Positions 11,931 to 23,167 of a stretch of DNA of 64,000 nucleotides are shown here, in pieces. The stretch is from Chrysemys picta bellii (taxonomy: Eukaryota), in the NCBI RefSeq assembly GCF_011386835.1, contig NC_088814.1, positions 11,346,001 to 11,410,000 on the forward strand. The letters are read 5' to 3'. Within the stretch, counting starts at the first letter, position 1. Every line of letters starts with the position of its first letter. Below the pieces are notes generated by a model, which was given only the letters and a program-made list of their open reading frames with translations, was not told the origin of the DNA and ran no database searches. The position numbers and the translations under genes are program-made.

Positions 11931-12290
11931 AAAAACTAGACACAATCAACTCTGGTTTAAATAAGGACTGGGAATGGTTGGGCCATTACAAACATTGAAA
12001 TCTATCTCCCCTTGTAAGTATTCTCACACTTGTTATCTAACTGTCTGTCTGTGCTGGGCTAGCTTGATTATCACTTCAAAAGTTTTTTTCTCTTAATTAA
12101 TTGGCCTCTCAGAGGTGGTAAGACAACTCCCACCTGTTTATGCTCTCTGTATGTGTGTATATATATCTCCTCAATATATGTTCCATTCTATATGCATCCG
12201 AAGAAGTGGGCTATAGTCCACGAAAGCTTATGCTCTAATAAATTTGTTAGTCTCTAAGGTGCCACAAGTCCTCCTGTTCTTCTTTCTGCT
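11931..12290 (+). mobile_element. Penelope-like (GIY-YIG) retroelement 3' end with pseudo-LTR
   Basis: Encodes KLDTINSGLNKDWEWLGHYKH*, then the terminal sequence shared with 6213 and 61841. Confidence 0.85.
12194..12233 (+). ncRNA. Minimal type I hammerhead ribozyme-like motif (C4 variant)
   Basis: GCAT-CCGAAGA-A-GTGGG(ctatag)TCCAC-GAAA-GCTT-ATGC: helix I GCAU/AUGC, 5-bp helix II, palindromic AGCU helix III. Confidence 0.7.
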
Positions 12291-12697
12291 TAAGCAGGTG
12301 GTGAAAGCAAAGTCCTAGGTTCATAAAGGGAAGGGGGTACTGGGCAGGAAGTGGGAATAGGGCATTTTTTTCTCTGCAATAGTCTAGCAATACAGAAAGT
12401 CAAATTTTTGGCAAAAAAAAAAATTCTCATCAAAAATGGGATTTCATGAAAGCAATTTTTTTTCACAGGGAAAATGTCATTTCCAATTTTTTTTTTACAA
12501 CAAACTTTGAAAACAACAAAACAGAACAATTTGTTTATGCTTCAGACTGAAATAGCCACTCTTTCCTTCCCCTTCCCCTCCCCACTTTTCATAACTTCCC
12601 CCAAATTGCAAAAGCGACAGAGAAGCAAAAGGAAATGCTGTAAATGTGCTGGTCAATTCCCTGACTCCTCTCCTATTTTCCCTACCCCTTTACTTTT

Positions 12698-12720
12698 ATT
12701 GATTGATTGATTGATTGATT
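12698..12720. repeat. (GATT)n microsatellite next to an L2-like remnant (about 12720-13030)
   Basis: TTGATTGATT run directly visible; the adjacent sequence resembles an L2-type 3' region. Confidence 0.7.
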
Positions 12721-15700
12721 GGTATTACCATAGTGCCTCCTTAGGTGCCATAGTCCTGGACCAGGACTCCACTGTGCCTGGTGCTGTACATACACAGAAC
12801 AAAGAGAGGGTCCCTGCCCTATAGAATCTAATATGAAATGAGACAACAGATGAAAGTGGCGTGATGGAGGAGCACAAGGAAACAATAAGACAATAATAGC
12901 CACCATGATGGGTGATGGTACCAGCGTACCAGTGGCCTAACTGTTGTCAAGTTTTTTGTTGTTATTGGCATCATGGCAAAGGAGAGTTTGAAGGAAGAAT
13001 TTGAAAGAGGATAGTGAGGTACCTTTGCAGTTCAAGGAGCCCACCCCTCTCCCAACAGGCCTTCCCAAATCAACCGGTGTTTCTTGGGAAGAAGACAATC
13101 GACAGATTGAACAAGATGCCTGTACTGCTGACGGGAGGGATGGCAGCTGGTGAATCAGGGTGTACATAGAAGAGGATGGATGGAGTCATGTAGCCTTCCA
13201 GATCTGGCGGATGGGTTCTGACTGCCTTTAAATAAGCAAGAGCAGAGGACTGTCTCATACCACACAGACAGCTGGCAGAGAACACTTACAAAGTGATTAT
13301 CGCTGTGTACTCTAGCTTGAAGATAGTTCAAAACAACACTTCCAATCTCCTTACCACTCACAATTCAAACATAATACACATGTCTAAGATCACAATTTGC
13401 TGGAGCAGAAATAAACACTTTGTAACAGAAACCACAGAGCCACATATACAGTGCAACACTGGTAATTATAGCATGCAAATTACCCCAACTATAGGTTGCA
13501 GTAAATGCATGTGCAGTGCTGGGTTAATCTGGAAACAATTCAGTAGTTAAAGCAAACTATAAGGTTCTCATTATGCAATTAGGACTTTAGTACAAGACAC
13601 ATTAATCAGAGCTGCAATTAGTTGGGTTGCTGCTGCCCGGAGTTCACAAGGGATTTAGTTAGGTGGTGACTTCACTGTTTGTGTAGCATTACTTGAGCGA
13701 TCGTGAAAAACTTGCATAGGATCTTCTTGCTCCGGGCTTACATGGGCTTAATTTGGTATGATACAAACAAGACAGAAAAATTATTATTTTAGTTCACGGC
13801 AAAGTGGGAAACTGTCAACTACTTTCTTACATCTGAATATTTTTCTTTCTGCTAATCTCTATTATTTGTCTCTGTGGGAAAGATATTTATCTAGTGGTTA
13901 GAGATGAAGGCTGAAAATAATGGCACTCGATTACTACTAGGGAGATGAATGCTGTGTTAGTACCCAGAAAAAGGTAGTTAGTCAGGAGTCTTCGGTTCAG
14001 TGGCTGAGTTCACTAGTGTCTCTTTGCATAATCTTGAGCAGGTCCATTATAATTACTTCACAGTAGTACCTATAAGGCCCACGGTTTTAGGTGCTGTGTT
14101 AAGGGCTTTCTCTTTGCCCTCCCCTGGTTCTTGTCTCGCAGAGAGAAAGCAGAAGACCAGAAGTATAAAGTGCAGGCAATGTGATGTTTATTGGGGTGAA
14201 TCAAGAAAGCATAGCTCTGCATGCCGGTAGAGCCTTTTTCCCTTCCCCCCCCCACCTCCTCTTTCTTAGCAGGCTTAATTATCCCTGTAGTGCACATCCC
14301 TGCTCCCACCCCTTAAAATGTATGGTTATGTTCCATTTTGGAGGGTCTTAAGACAGGGGGCTTTGGTACCACCTCTTCTGTATCACATGGGACAGGGTAG
14401 GGAGTGAGGTTGTGTACAGGCCAAGACCAGGTTTTTCTTTGGCTTTTAATGTGCCTTATGCCTCCCCTCGCCATCCCCCCTTGCCCCTCCTAACTGGTTG
14501 CTTGACCTTGGATTGAGATACGAGTCAAGGCAGGCTTCAAGTGTACGCTCGTACATGACACTCCCACTCTGCCCAGCAACACGTTAGCTCTGTCTCTTAT
14601 CTCTGTTCACCCATCTGCTGGTGGGCAGACGTAACACGCAGAGTCTTTGTTCTTTGTTCACACATATTATTATTTTTTCGGCAAAAAGCTGATTCATCGA
14701 AAAATTCATCTGGAATTCTGTTGCAGAGCTGGAGACCGAATGCAGTGTGTCTGAGTCCCATTCTAGGCTTTTATCACAAGACCAGTTAACCAGTTAGCCT
14801 AAAACTAACCCTCTTGCAGATATTCAATAGCAGGACGAGGCATCACTACCATCCCTTGTACCCACAAATATCCCATGTGCCAGCCTCTCCCCAGGGAGAA
14901 TTTCCCGTGCTTTGCCTTCCAGGAAAATGGGTGTGTTAATATTTAGCAATCTCTCAGGGGTGTGAGGCAGCTGTTCATTGCCATTTGCAAAGTCGAGAAG
15001 GAAAAGGTCCTTGACACTTATGGTGCACTAGTTTAAGGCGTGTGAGCCTGTCTCGGTCTGCCAGCTAGCTCCAGCAAGTTTAGAAGCCTGCATCTGTCAG
15101 CTGTTCTTTCAGCTCCAGCATGCTTTGGCTGCTGGTGGTGACGACCCTACACTGGACCAATGATGAGGCCTGCGGTATCAAGTTCTAGTCCTTGGTCTGC
15201 CCATCTGTGATATAGCTGGTGATCGTGGTGCCACTTAGGGGTCACGGTAGTGGTGAATAATAGGAAAGGAGCAGAGGGAGAGTGCTAGGCAGAAAAACAC
15301 CTTAAACAGAGATCTACTGCAAGGCTGGTTTTCCTTGCAGGCTGTCACTTTCTCAGCAGATAGTTTCGCTTTGTGACACCAGCTCCCATCAAGGTTTCTG
15401 ACGCAGAGCTCTCAAGCACATGTTGCATAGATGCATTTCTCTCCCCCTCCCCTTTAATCACTTACAAACAGAGCTTGAAAACATGGGATTCCATGAAGAT
15501 ATAAATGCTGCAACATGATGGTAAAACTTTAGATACATGGGCCCCAGATCCTCAAAGGTATGCAGGGGCTTGGCTCCCATTGATTTCTAAACAGTGGGAG
15601 TTAGGCACCTAAATACCTTTGATGAGCTGGGCCATGGAGTTGAACGGCACCCAAATAATATACTGGCCCAGATGCTCTACTCTGCCTTTGGGGGGGCGGG

Positions 15701-15942
15701 GGGGGGGGGGAAGAGAGGTGGCTCTCAAGACAGATCTGCCCTTCACTCCAGTAAACAGTACAGCAGACTGGGACAGCGGACCATAGCCAGAGTACAGGGT
15801 GTCTCATTGCTCAGTGGGCAACTAGGCCAGCTCTGCTCCAGCTGAAGGTTTCTCTTAGCTCGCCTGTTCCAGTGGCATAAAGGAGCTAGGATGCAATGGA
15901 GAAGCTGTTTCCGCTATCTCTGCAGGCATGAAAGGAACCTCT

Positions 15943-16654
15943 TGTGGTCAGATGATTGGCTATGTGCGTGCGTTCCCTCTGTGTGCCCTGTGCAGGCAGC
16001 TGGCATGGCAGACCTCGAGCGAACAGCTCACTGACCGCAAGATCCGTTAAGGGACGAAGGCACCCAGCCAGGTTTATTGTTGATGAAGCATGGTACTAGT
16101 ATCCTGCAGACTCTACCGGACCACTAATACACATATGCCTGTAACAATGGATCAGCTCAGTGAATGGCGGGACTTTCTGTTCTTCCCCAGGCTAGACAAA
16201 GACACTCCCTCTGAGATACGTTGTTATACACAGCTACAAACAAGTCACGGATTGCCCCTCTGATGTAGTTCGTTGACACCCTCTGATGTTACCACCCCTC
16301 ACCTTGTACATCACTATCCATCACACTGTCATCCTGACCTTATCTTTAGGAGGGGTCAGTGAGTTCCTGTTATCTTTGGGGAATGTGTTTGTACCATTCT
16401 TGATATGGGGTGTTCTGGTACCACCCTTCTGGAATATGTTTGTGTGTGTGTGTGTTCTGTGCCTACCACTATTGCATGTTTCTGCAATATCAGTCCTGTT
16501 ATTGCAAGACTTTGTGAGCAGGGCCTGCCTCTAGCTCACAGCCTGATTTTGCTTTATATCAGCAAAGTTATGACCGCTACTTTAGCCCAGGCCTCAGGCT
16601 TCATACCAGGCCTCTGTTACAAGGGCTTATGTCTCAGGCTCTCTTTCTACTACA
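15943..16654 (-). mobile_element. Solo LTR (ERV-like), same family as 56423-57072
   Basis: TGTGGTCAG...CTACTACA; 5-bp flanks CCTCT/CCACT; AATAAA on the minus strand; colinear with 56423-57072. Confidence 0.8.
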
Positions 16655-17323
16655 CCACTTGCTGTGGTTCAATAAGTTTTGGGCCCAGGTTCTCTCCAGA
16701 ACACTTTGTCTCCCATTCCCTGTGTCTCAGCAGCTGCCTCTGGGATTAAGAGGCATTATTTCATCTCATAATATTTCTGAATTCTTTCTGCGCCACCAGA
16801 CATTGCATAGGACACAAATAAGGCTCCCCCACCCCTATTTATCCTGGGCCACTCTTTGCAGGTCTTCTAAATTAAGTCTCATAATTTCCCCCTCTCTAAC
16901 TAATGTTTGATGGAGGGATTCTGTCGGTCAATAGTACCTTTAAGGTACAGCAAGATTCTCTGGCTGAAACCACTTTCACATCTCCTGCAGAGTGTCAGAA
17001 ACTTCAGTGGTGCAGCTTTGACCTCCCAGGTCAGCATTTGCAAGGAAATGTGAATATGCTCTAAAGGTCAATGCAGGAACGATGGGTTCCATAGTTGCTA
17101 GACAGCGTTCCCAATGCGAAAACTATTCCCAAGCGGGGAGAGAGATTATTGCTCTGGGGAGATTGGACAGTGTGTTTGGTTATGTACAAAACACAAAATG
17201 GAGACAGTTATCAACCCAAAGTTTACAACAGAAAAAACAGATTAGATGGATCAATGGACAAATAGTTGGATGAAGGTACCAGGACCTCCAGAGCTCTAAG
17301 AGATCAGTGTTGACAACTTGCAA

Positions 17324-17410
17324 CATCCGAAGAAGTGAGGTTTTTACTCACGAAAGCTTATGCCCAAATAAATCTGTTAGTCTTTAAGGTGCCACCAGAC
17401 TCTTTGTTGT
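17324..17410 (+). mobile_element. Penelope terminal fragment with hammerhead-like motif (17324-17363)
   Basis: CAT-CCGAAGA-A-GTGAG(gttttta)CTCAC-GAAA-GCTT-ATG, then AAATAAATCTGTTAGTCTTTAAGGTGCCAC. Confidence 0.75.
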
Positions 17411-17618
17411 TGATGATATTTGGTGTTTTTCTTAAAGCCCCAACTCCTAGAGACTTGTGATTGGATGTAAATCTCAGCTTGCTGGCTGGCTTTTTTGTTT
17501 TTTTAAAAAGAGTAAATTAACTCTTGGGGTTGACAATATTAAGATAAGCTGGTCTAGGATTGCTTCGCAAATGATTTTTTTCTTGTTCTAATTGAATATT
17601 AGCTCTACTCTGCTCTGG

Positions 17619-18150
17619 TTAGGCCTCAGCTGGAGTATTGTGTCCAGTTCTGGGCACCGCATTTTAAAAAAGATGTGGAGAAATTGGAAAGGGTCCAGAG
17701 AAGAGCAACAAGAATGATTAAAGGTCTTGAGAACATGACCTATGAAGGAAGGCTGAAAGAATTGGGTTTGTTTAGTTTGGAAAAGAGAAGACTGAGAGGG
17801 GACATGATAGCAGTTTTCAGGTATTTAAAAGGGTGTCATAAGGAGGAGGGAGAAAACTTGTTCACCTTAGCCTCTAAGGATAGAACAAGAAGCAATGGGT
17901 TTAAACTGCACCAAGGGAGGTCTAGGTTGGACATTAGGAAAAAGTTCCTAACTGTCAGGGTGGTTAAACACTGGAATAAATTGCCTAGGGAGGTTGTGGA
18001 ATCTCCATCTCTGGAGATATTTAAGAGTAGGTTAGATAAATGTCTATCAGGGATGGTCTAGACAGTATTTGGTCCTGCCATGCGGGCAAGGGACTGGACT
18101 CGATGACCTCTCGAGGTCCCTTCCAGTCCTAGAATCTATGAAGCTATGAA
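17619..18150 (+). mobile_element. CR1 LINE, 5'-truncated (ORF2 C-terminus and 3' UTR)
   Basis: ORF 17675-18061 [47 protein letters not shown]; tail AATCTATGAAGCTATGAA. Confidence 0.95.
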
Positions 18151-18661
18151 TTATGTGCCTCATTACGACATGATTGTCTTCTCGCAGGCTCCTCCCCAGT
18201 TGCCACTGGACAGGGTCTGAGCTCTGCAGATGGAACGTTTGCTCTTGCTCTTTCAAGTCGATCCTGTTTTCCTTTGCAAGTGTCCTTATTGTAACGATCT
18301 TGGGGTTCGTTAAATAACAAACCAGTGAATGAGAAAGAATAAAACAAACTGGAGAGCATCTCTGGTGAACACAGCCCAGCGGTGTTCCCAACCCCCAGCT
18401 TCGGGGCACATCTTCAAATTCCTATGTTCGTAAAACGGTCCCTTATGAGGGAGCATCTCTAAATTATAGTGGCCTACAACCAGATCTCTACACTTATTTG
18501 CTTTTATATTTGGAACATCTCCCCACACCTGCCCTGCAATGACAACATTGCAAATTCATCCTCTTGCACTGTAGCCAGTACAGAGATTACTTGTATCACC
18601 GATTGCTGTAAATTCAAACGGCAAGTAGTCCTCTTGCTAAAGCAGCTATAGCAATGGCTAA

Positions 18662-18674
18662 TGCCACCTGCTGG
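18662..18674 (-). promoter_or_regulatory. CTCF core motif
   Basis: Minus strand reads CCAGCAGGTGGCA, a perfect match to CCASYAGRKGGCR. Confidence 0.6.
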
Positions 18675-19439
18675 TAGGGGTAGGAACTGCAAGTAGTGCT
18701 TGGCAATTTACATGATGCTAATGAAGCATACAATGGGGACATGCAACTAATTCTAGATGTATGATTCTTCCCAAAGACCTTAATTAGGATTATTCTACAG
18801 TTGTGTTTTTCCCAATTAAGGCGTTTATAAATGTGAACCTCTGTGCTGGATGCCTTTCAGGCTGTGGTTTGGGTGTCATTTGACTTTAAAGTGGGTCACC
18901 ACGTTTTGCAAAGCATCTCAAAAATGCTGGGTGCTGAATGAAAACAAAGGTAATCTCCAGGACCCTGGCATCTCTCTCACCTTCTTGGTATCTCCCCTTC
19001 ACATGACACTCTGTGAACACTGGAAGAAGGGTCCTTCTCCCAGACAGATAGCCCCATACTCCCCACTTACCTGCTGTCCAGAGATGCGACGGGTTCTTTG
19101 CCAGAAATTCCCATTTCTACTTTCTGTTACTTCTATACCCCCACCTGCTCCCTGCCAGCATATGGAGGGAGAAGTGAAATGCAGGAGGCAAGCTGGATAG
19201 GTCATGAGGGAATCTGTGGCAAAAGGAGAGGGGATAACTCAGGACTTGCTTCTCTCAGTAGCTAAAACCTGGCCCCAGACTCTTCTTCCTCCCTGCCCCC
19301 AAGTAGGATTGCCACCTGTCCAGATTTTCCCAGGATCATTCCTCTTTTGAGGTAGCTGTCCTGGGAAATCTATAAGAGTGCTCAGTTCCCACTGAGAGTT
19401 GGCCAGTGTTATGGGATCAAGATCATCTCAGATGTCCTA

Positions 19440-19638
19440 TTGACAGGTTTCAGCTACAAGATCTCTATCAAGCATTCTTAAAACTACAATACCCACCTGC
19501 TGAAGTGAAAAAACAGATTGACAGAGCCAGAAGAGTACCCAGAAGTCACCTACTACAGGACAGGCCCAATAAAGGAAATAACAGACCGCCACTAGCCGTC
19601 ATCTTCAGCCCCCAACTAAAACCTCTCCAGCCCATCAT
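19440..19638 (+). mobile_element. Internal Penelope ORF fragment
   Basis: LQDLYQAFLKLQYPPAEVKKQIDRARRVPRSHLLQDRPNK; flanked by the 11-bp direct repeat CAGATGTCCTA. Confidence 0.8.
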
Positions 19639-19717
19639 CAGATGTCCTAGGGTTTTGTACCTCATAGGTGGCAACCTTATGCACAACAAAGTCAAAAGAA
19701 CAAACCCCAGCCTCAGA

Positions 19718-19730
19718 TGCCACCTACTGG
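19718..19730 (-). promoter_or_regulatory. CTCF core motif
   Basis: Minus strand reads CCAGTAGGTGGCA, a perfect match to CCASYAGRKGGCR. Confidence 0.6.
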
Positions 19731-22700
19731 CAGAGGAGTATGTCTAACACAGAGGGAGGGGTGCTGGAATTAGGGCCAACAGTCCATGAAGAGTTGTTGA
19801 TACAGTTTCGAGCGGCTCCATGGTAGAAGCAGGCCCGATGCTTCCCATGAGACTGCACAACGGCCTGGTGCCAGAGGCCTTGCGGCTTTGCTTGCTCTTT
19901 GGCCCGGTCTCGTTTGTTTTCCAACGAAAATCGTGACGACAAGAAAGTTGGTGGCTGGGGCAATTCCTGTGGATCCAGGAAGCACGCGCGTGGGCTGCCC
20001 AGCCATTTTAAGAGGCTACTCTGGAGAAACGCAGCCATCTCATGCAGTATAAATAACATGCAGCTGCTGTATCTCTGTAAAGTTGTCACGGCGCATACAG
20101 ACGCCCGAGCATAGTGGTTTGACTTGCAGCTGAGCGTGCTCTCCTTCGACAGCCTTACGGGCCTCGTTCGGTAACATTTTACTACAGATATTAAACTGAG
20201 CCAGGGAACGCAGAGCATAGGGCGAGGGGCTTGCTTGTGATTTATAAATCTGACTTTGTACAGCCCGGCGGACCCATTTCTGAAGCTGTAAAATAACAGA
20301 CTCCGACCTGTCCCGGAAACATGACAGGAGAGCATCCACCGATGAAAAAATCATGGAGGGTTTGGGAATGAAAAAAGGAAAGTCCGTGTGTCTGGATGAA
20401 TAAATAATCAGAAGCCAGGCACTCAGCAAACCCCCTCTCTATGGTGTTCGCTTGGCTTTTCCTCCCACCTGTGTGGGAATGAACACAGCTGCAGTGAAGA
20501 TGTACATCTTGTATACCTTGGCTTTAATGTCGAACTGGTATCTTGCAGTTGGCAGGATTACTACCAGATAAGTATGGGAAATATTTATGTGAAGATCACT
20601 GTGACTCCCCCTTCCCTTCCTTTAAGATTAAGACATCTGAGGTGGAGGATTATGTCTACAGCTACATGCCAAGGTCTCTGCTAGGAAATTCAAAGGCGAC
20701 TCAGGGTTTTCTTCAGTCGCCTCATTAGTCTCTGTGATCCCAATCGATAGCTGGAATAACTCCTGTGGCTTTGTGGCCCTGTGCATCTAGTACTTTGTAA
20801 ATCCTGGCGATGCAGTAGCTCTCAAGGCTAGGCATGTCACTGGTTTCAAGGACTTCCATGTTTTCGGGTGTTTTTAAAGGGATAATATATCGGACCTGCT
20901 GCACGGCCTTCACGCACAGGACACGCACCTGGGGCTGCTTTGTGGAGAAACAGAACATTCGATGGAGGGATACAGCGGGTAGGGAAGTGATGCACAGGGC
21001 AACATGCTTCTCACCCAGGGCAGGAGCATCCCCTGCAGCTTTTTGGTAAACCTTTCCCATCAATATCTAGATACAGCACCTAGCACAATAGGGCCCCAGT
21101 CTGAAACAGGGCCTCTAGGCACTACCACTGTACAAGTGATTCATAAAAATAATTGTTTCTCAAGAGAGCCGCCTTTGCAAGCTATCCTATGGCCCATGTC
21201 ATCAGAGTATCTGAAGCCCCACAGTCATGAATTGTTCCTATAACCCCACCCCTAACTCAGGACAGTGCTCTTGTTCCCACTTTACAGATGAGGAGAACAA
21301 GGCACAGAGAGAGTTTTCCATTTTCAAGTACTAAGACTCTGTTTTCAAGCACCCAGCCGGATTGTCAGAGTTGTCTTAAACGGGGTACCCCAAATGACAG
21401 GCTGGTTTATCAAATGTAGGTCAAAAGACTTGCCCAAGGTCATATATTGAGTCTGCGGCAGAGGCAAGAATTGAGCTCCTGACTCCAGAGCGAAACAAAA
21501 TACATCAAAATCCTTTGCAGAGCAGAATTTCCATCCTCTGTACAACTGTCATAGGAAACTCTGTTTCGGTTCCTCCTCCAACACTGGAGTCCTGGTAATG
21601 TAAATAACCCGACAACAGTGCAAATCTTGAATTGCGTATTGAAGCGTACGATACACAATTCGCACGGGTGGTTAGTTGTGCAATTCATTCTCATGCTGAA
21701 AGTCACCCCTGTGGAAGGCCTGTGTACTACTTAGATGTCCTTGGGGCTCGAAATCTGGCATCTCAGGACATTCCACAGAAAGTGTGCAACGTCCCATTGG
21801 ACACGTTGGAATCTCCAGTAGTGGTGGGCTTCATGCTGGCCTTTTGCCCCGGGGTGACGTTTCCCCTAAAGTGACCATTTAGCATGAATTTAGCATGAAC
21901 TAACATCCCCTTGCAATGAGTTGTCAGAACAGCCAGAGAAAATGAACACAAAAAGGGACCCAACCCACACCAAACCAGATTCATTTGCAAATCAAAAGGA
22001 GTGTTTGCAGAAAACGTGTTCCATCGTTCTGCTGTAGGACGACGATAATGGTTTCCCTGGCACTCATTCGGATGACCTACATAACACCCTTATGGCTTCG
22101 CTACCCATGTATAATTAACCCTCCCAAACTCATGGCAATGAAATGCATACCACACCTTGCTGGGCGTGCTCTGTACTTGTGCACACATATACAGGTCAAT
22201 TTTATTTAGGGAGTTCAACACCAGGATCTTTAAAGTCCATCCACTGCCTGGTGCATGAGGAAAATGCACCCTTCAGAGATGTTGGTTCCCAATCTTTTGT
22301 CCGTTACTTCCTTATTTTGTGTGTGCATGCTCAACATCGCAGCCAAGATCCCATCTTTATATTTAATTCATTTGTCTACCGTTCTGGTTTTGATCCTTTA
22401 CAAGTTTGCTAATCCCTGCAGATCATCAATAAAGAATATGATGTGTCTGTTCCTGGCTCACTTTCCCCTCTAAGCCCCAATCCTTCAGCAACTTCAGTAG
22501 CATATCTGCAAGCTTTCTTTTCTTTGCTAGCTATGATCCCTTCTGAAGGAGGGAGACTTTGAGTGAGACGTAGATTGTTTTCCAGAGATTTCAGCTGAGT
22601 TTTTCTTCTCACGTGTTGTTCTTTGGCATGCTACTGATTAGTCAGTGTCTGTCTACACACATGCATGTGCAGGATTCAGGCAAATTGGAGAAGAACCAAC

Positions 22701-22878
22701 AATTATTTTCCCCCTAAGTGCTTCAGCACCTCCTTGGGGTGTAAGAATGTGCAGATGAAGTGACGAAATACCAATTTCTGCTTCCACAAGGGAAGGGGGA
22801 GGGAACCTCTGAGAACGAAGATAGCTTAGGATAAATCTGATTGCAAGATCTACTAAGTGTCTCTAATGTCCCACTAAC

Positions 22879-23075
22879 CTGCTGTTGCTCGCAGCAATTT
22901 TCTCTCTACGCTGGGTTTTTTGAGCTGTTCTTCTATTCCCACTGGCACATGCATCAATATATAAGCATCCCTACGCGCTTTATGGTGTTTGTGACAGGTA
23001 TGTCATCGACTCTAAATCCGACAGCGCCTTCCCTCCTCCTCTCCTGCTGCAGGGAGGAGAGGAGGAGCGAAGGAG
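22879..23075 (-). other. Candidate first exon (possible CDS 22954-22879, MHVPVGIEEQLKKPSVERKLLRATA)
   Basis: Lies downstream of a minus-strand TATA box; ends in CAG|GTTAGT; ATG frame open to the donor. 5' end estimated. Confidence 0.3.
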
Positions 23076-23087
23076 CTGTTGGATTTA
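23013..23087 (+). repeat. 75-nt near-perfect inverted repeat (hairpin)
   Basis: 33-bp stem with 30 Watson-Crick pairs, 1 G.U and 2 mismatches; loop GCTGCAGGG. Confidence 0.9.
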
Positions 23088-23095
23088 CCCTCGGG

Positions 23096-23167
23096 CTTTT
23101 TATACCATGCAGGGAGCATGGCTGACTGACAGCGCAAGGGGAGGTCACGTGACTGAAATAATGGCGG
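23096..23167 (-). promoter_or_regulatory. Putative core promoter: TATA, palindromic E-box and YY1-like motif
   Basis: TATAAAAAG (minus, 23104-23096), GTCACGTGAC (23144-23153), AATGGCGG (23160-23167). Confidence 0.45.

Noticed and set aside
19724-20335. 203-aa ORF as a named protein
   Set aside because: I recognise no domain; kept only as an unassigned finding.
22950-23010. SECIS element on the minus strand (ATGA...AAA)
   Set aside because: Helix II and the 3' GA quartet do not line up.
23019-23028. REST/RE1 site (CGACAGCGCC)
   Set aside because: Only an imperfect right half-site; no CAGCACC left half at the correct spacing.
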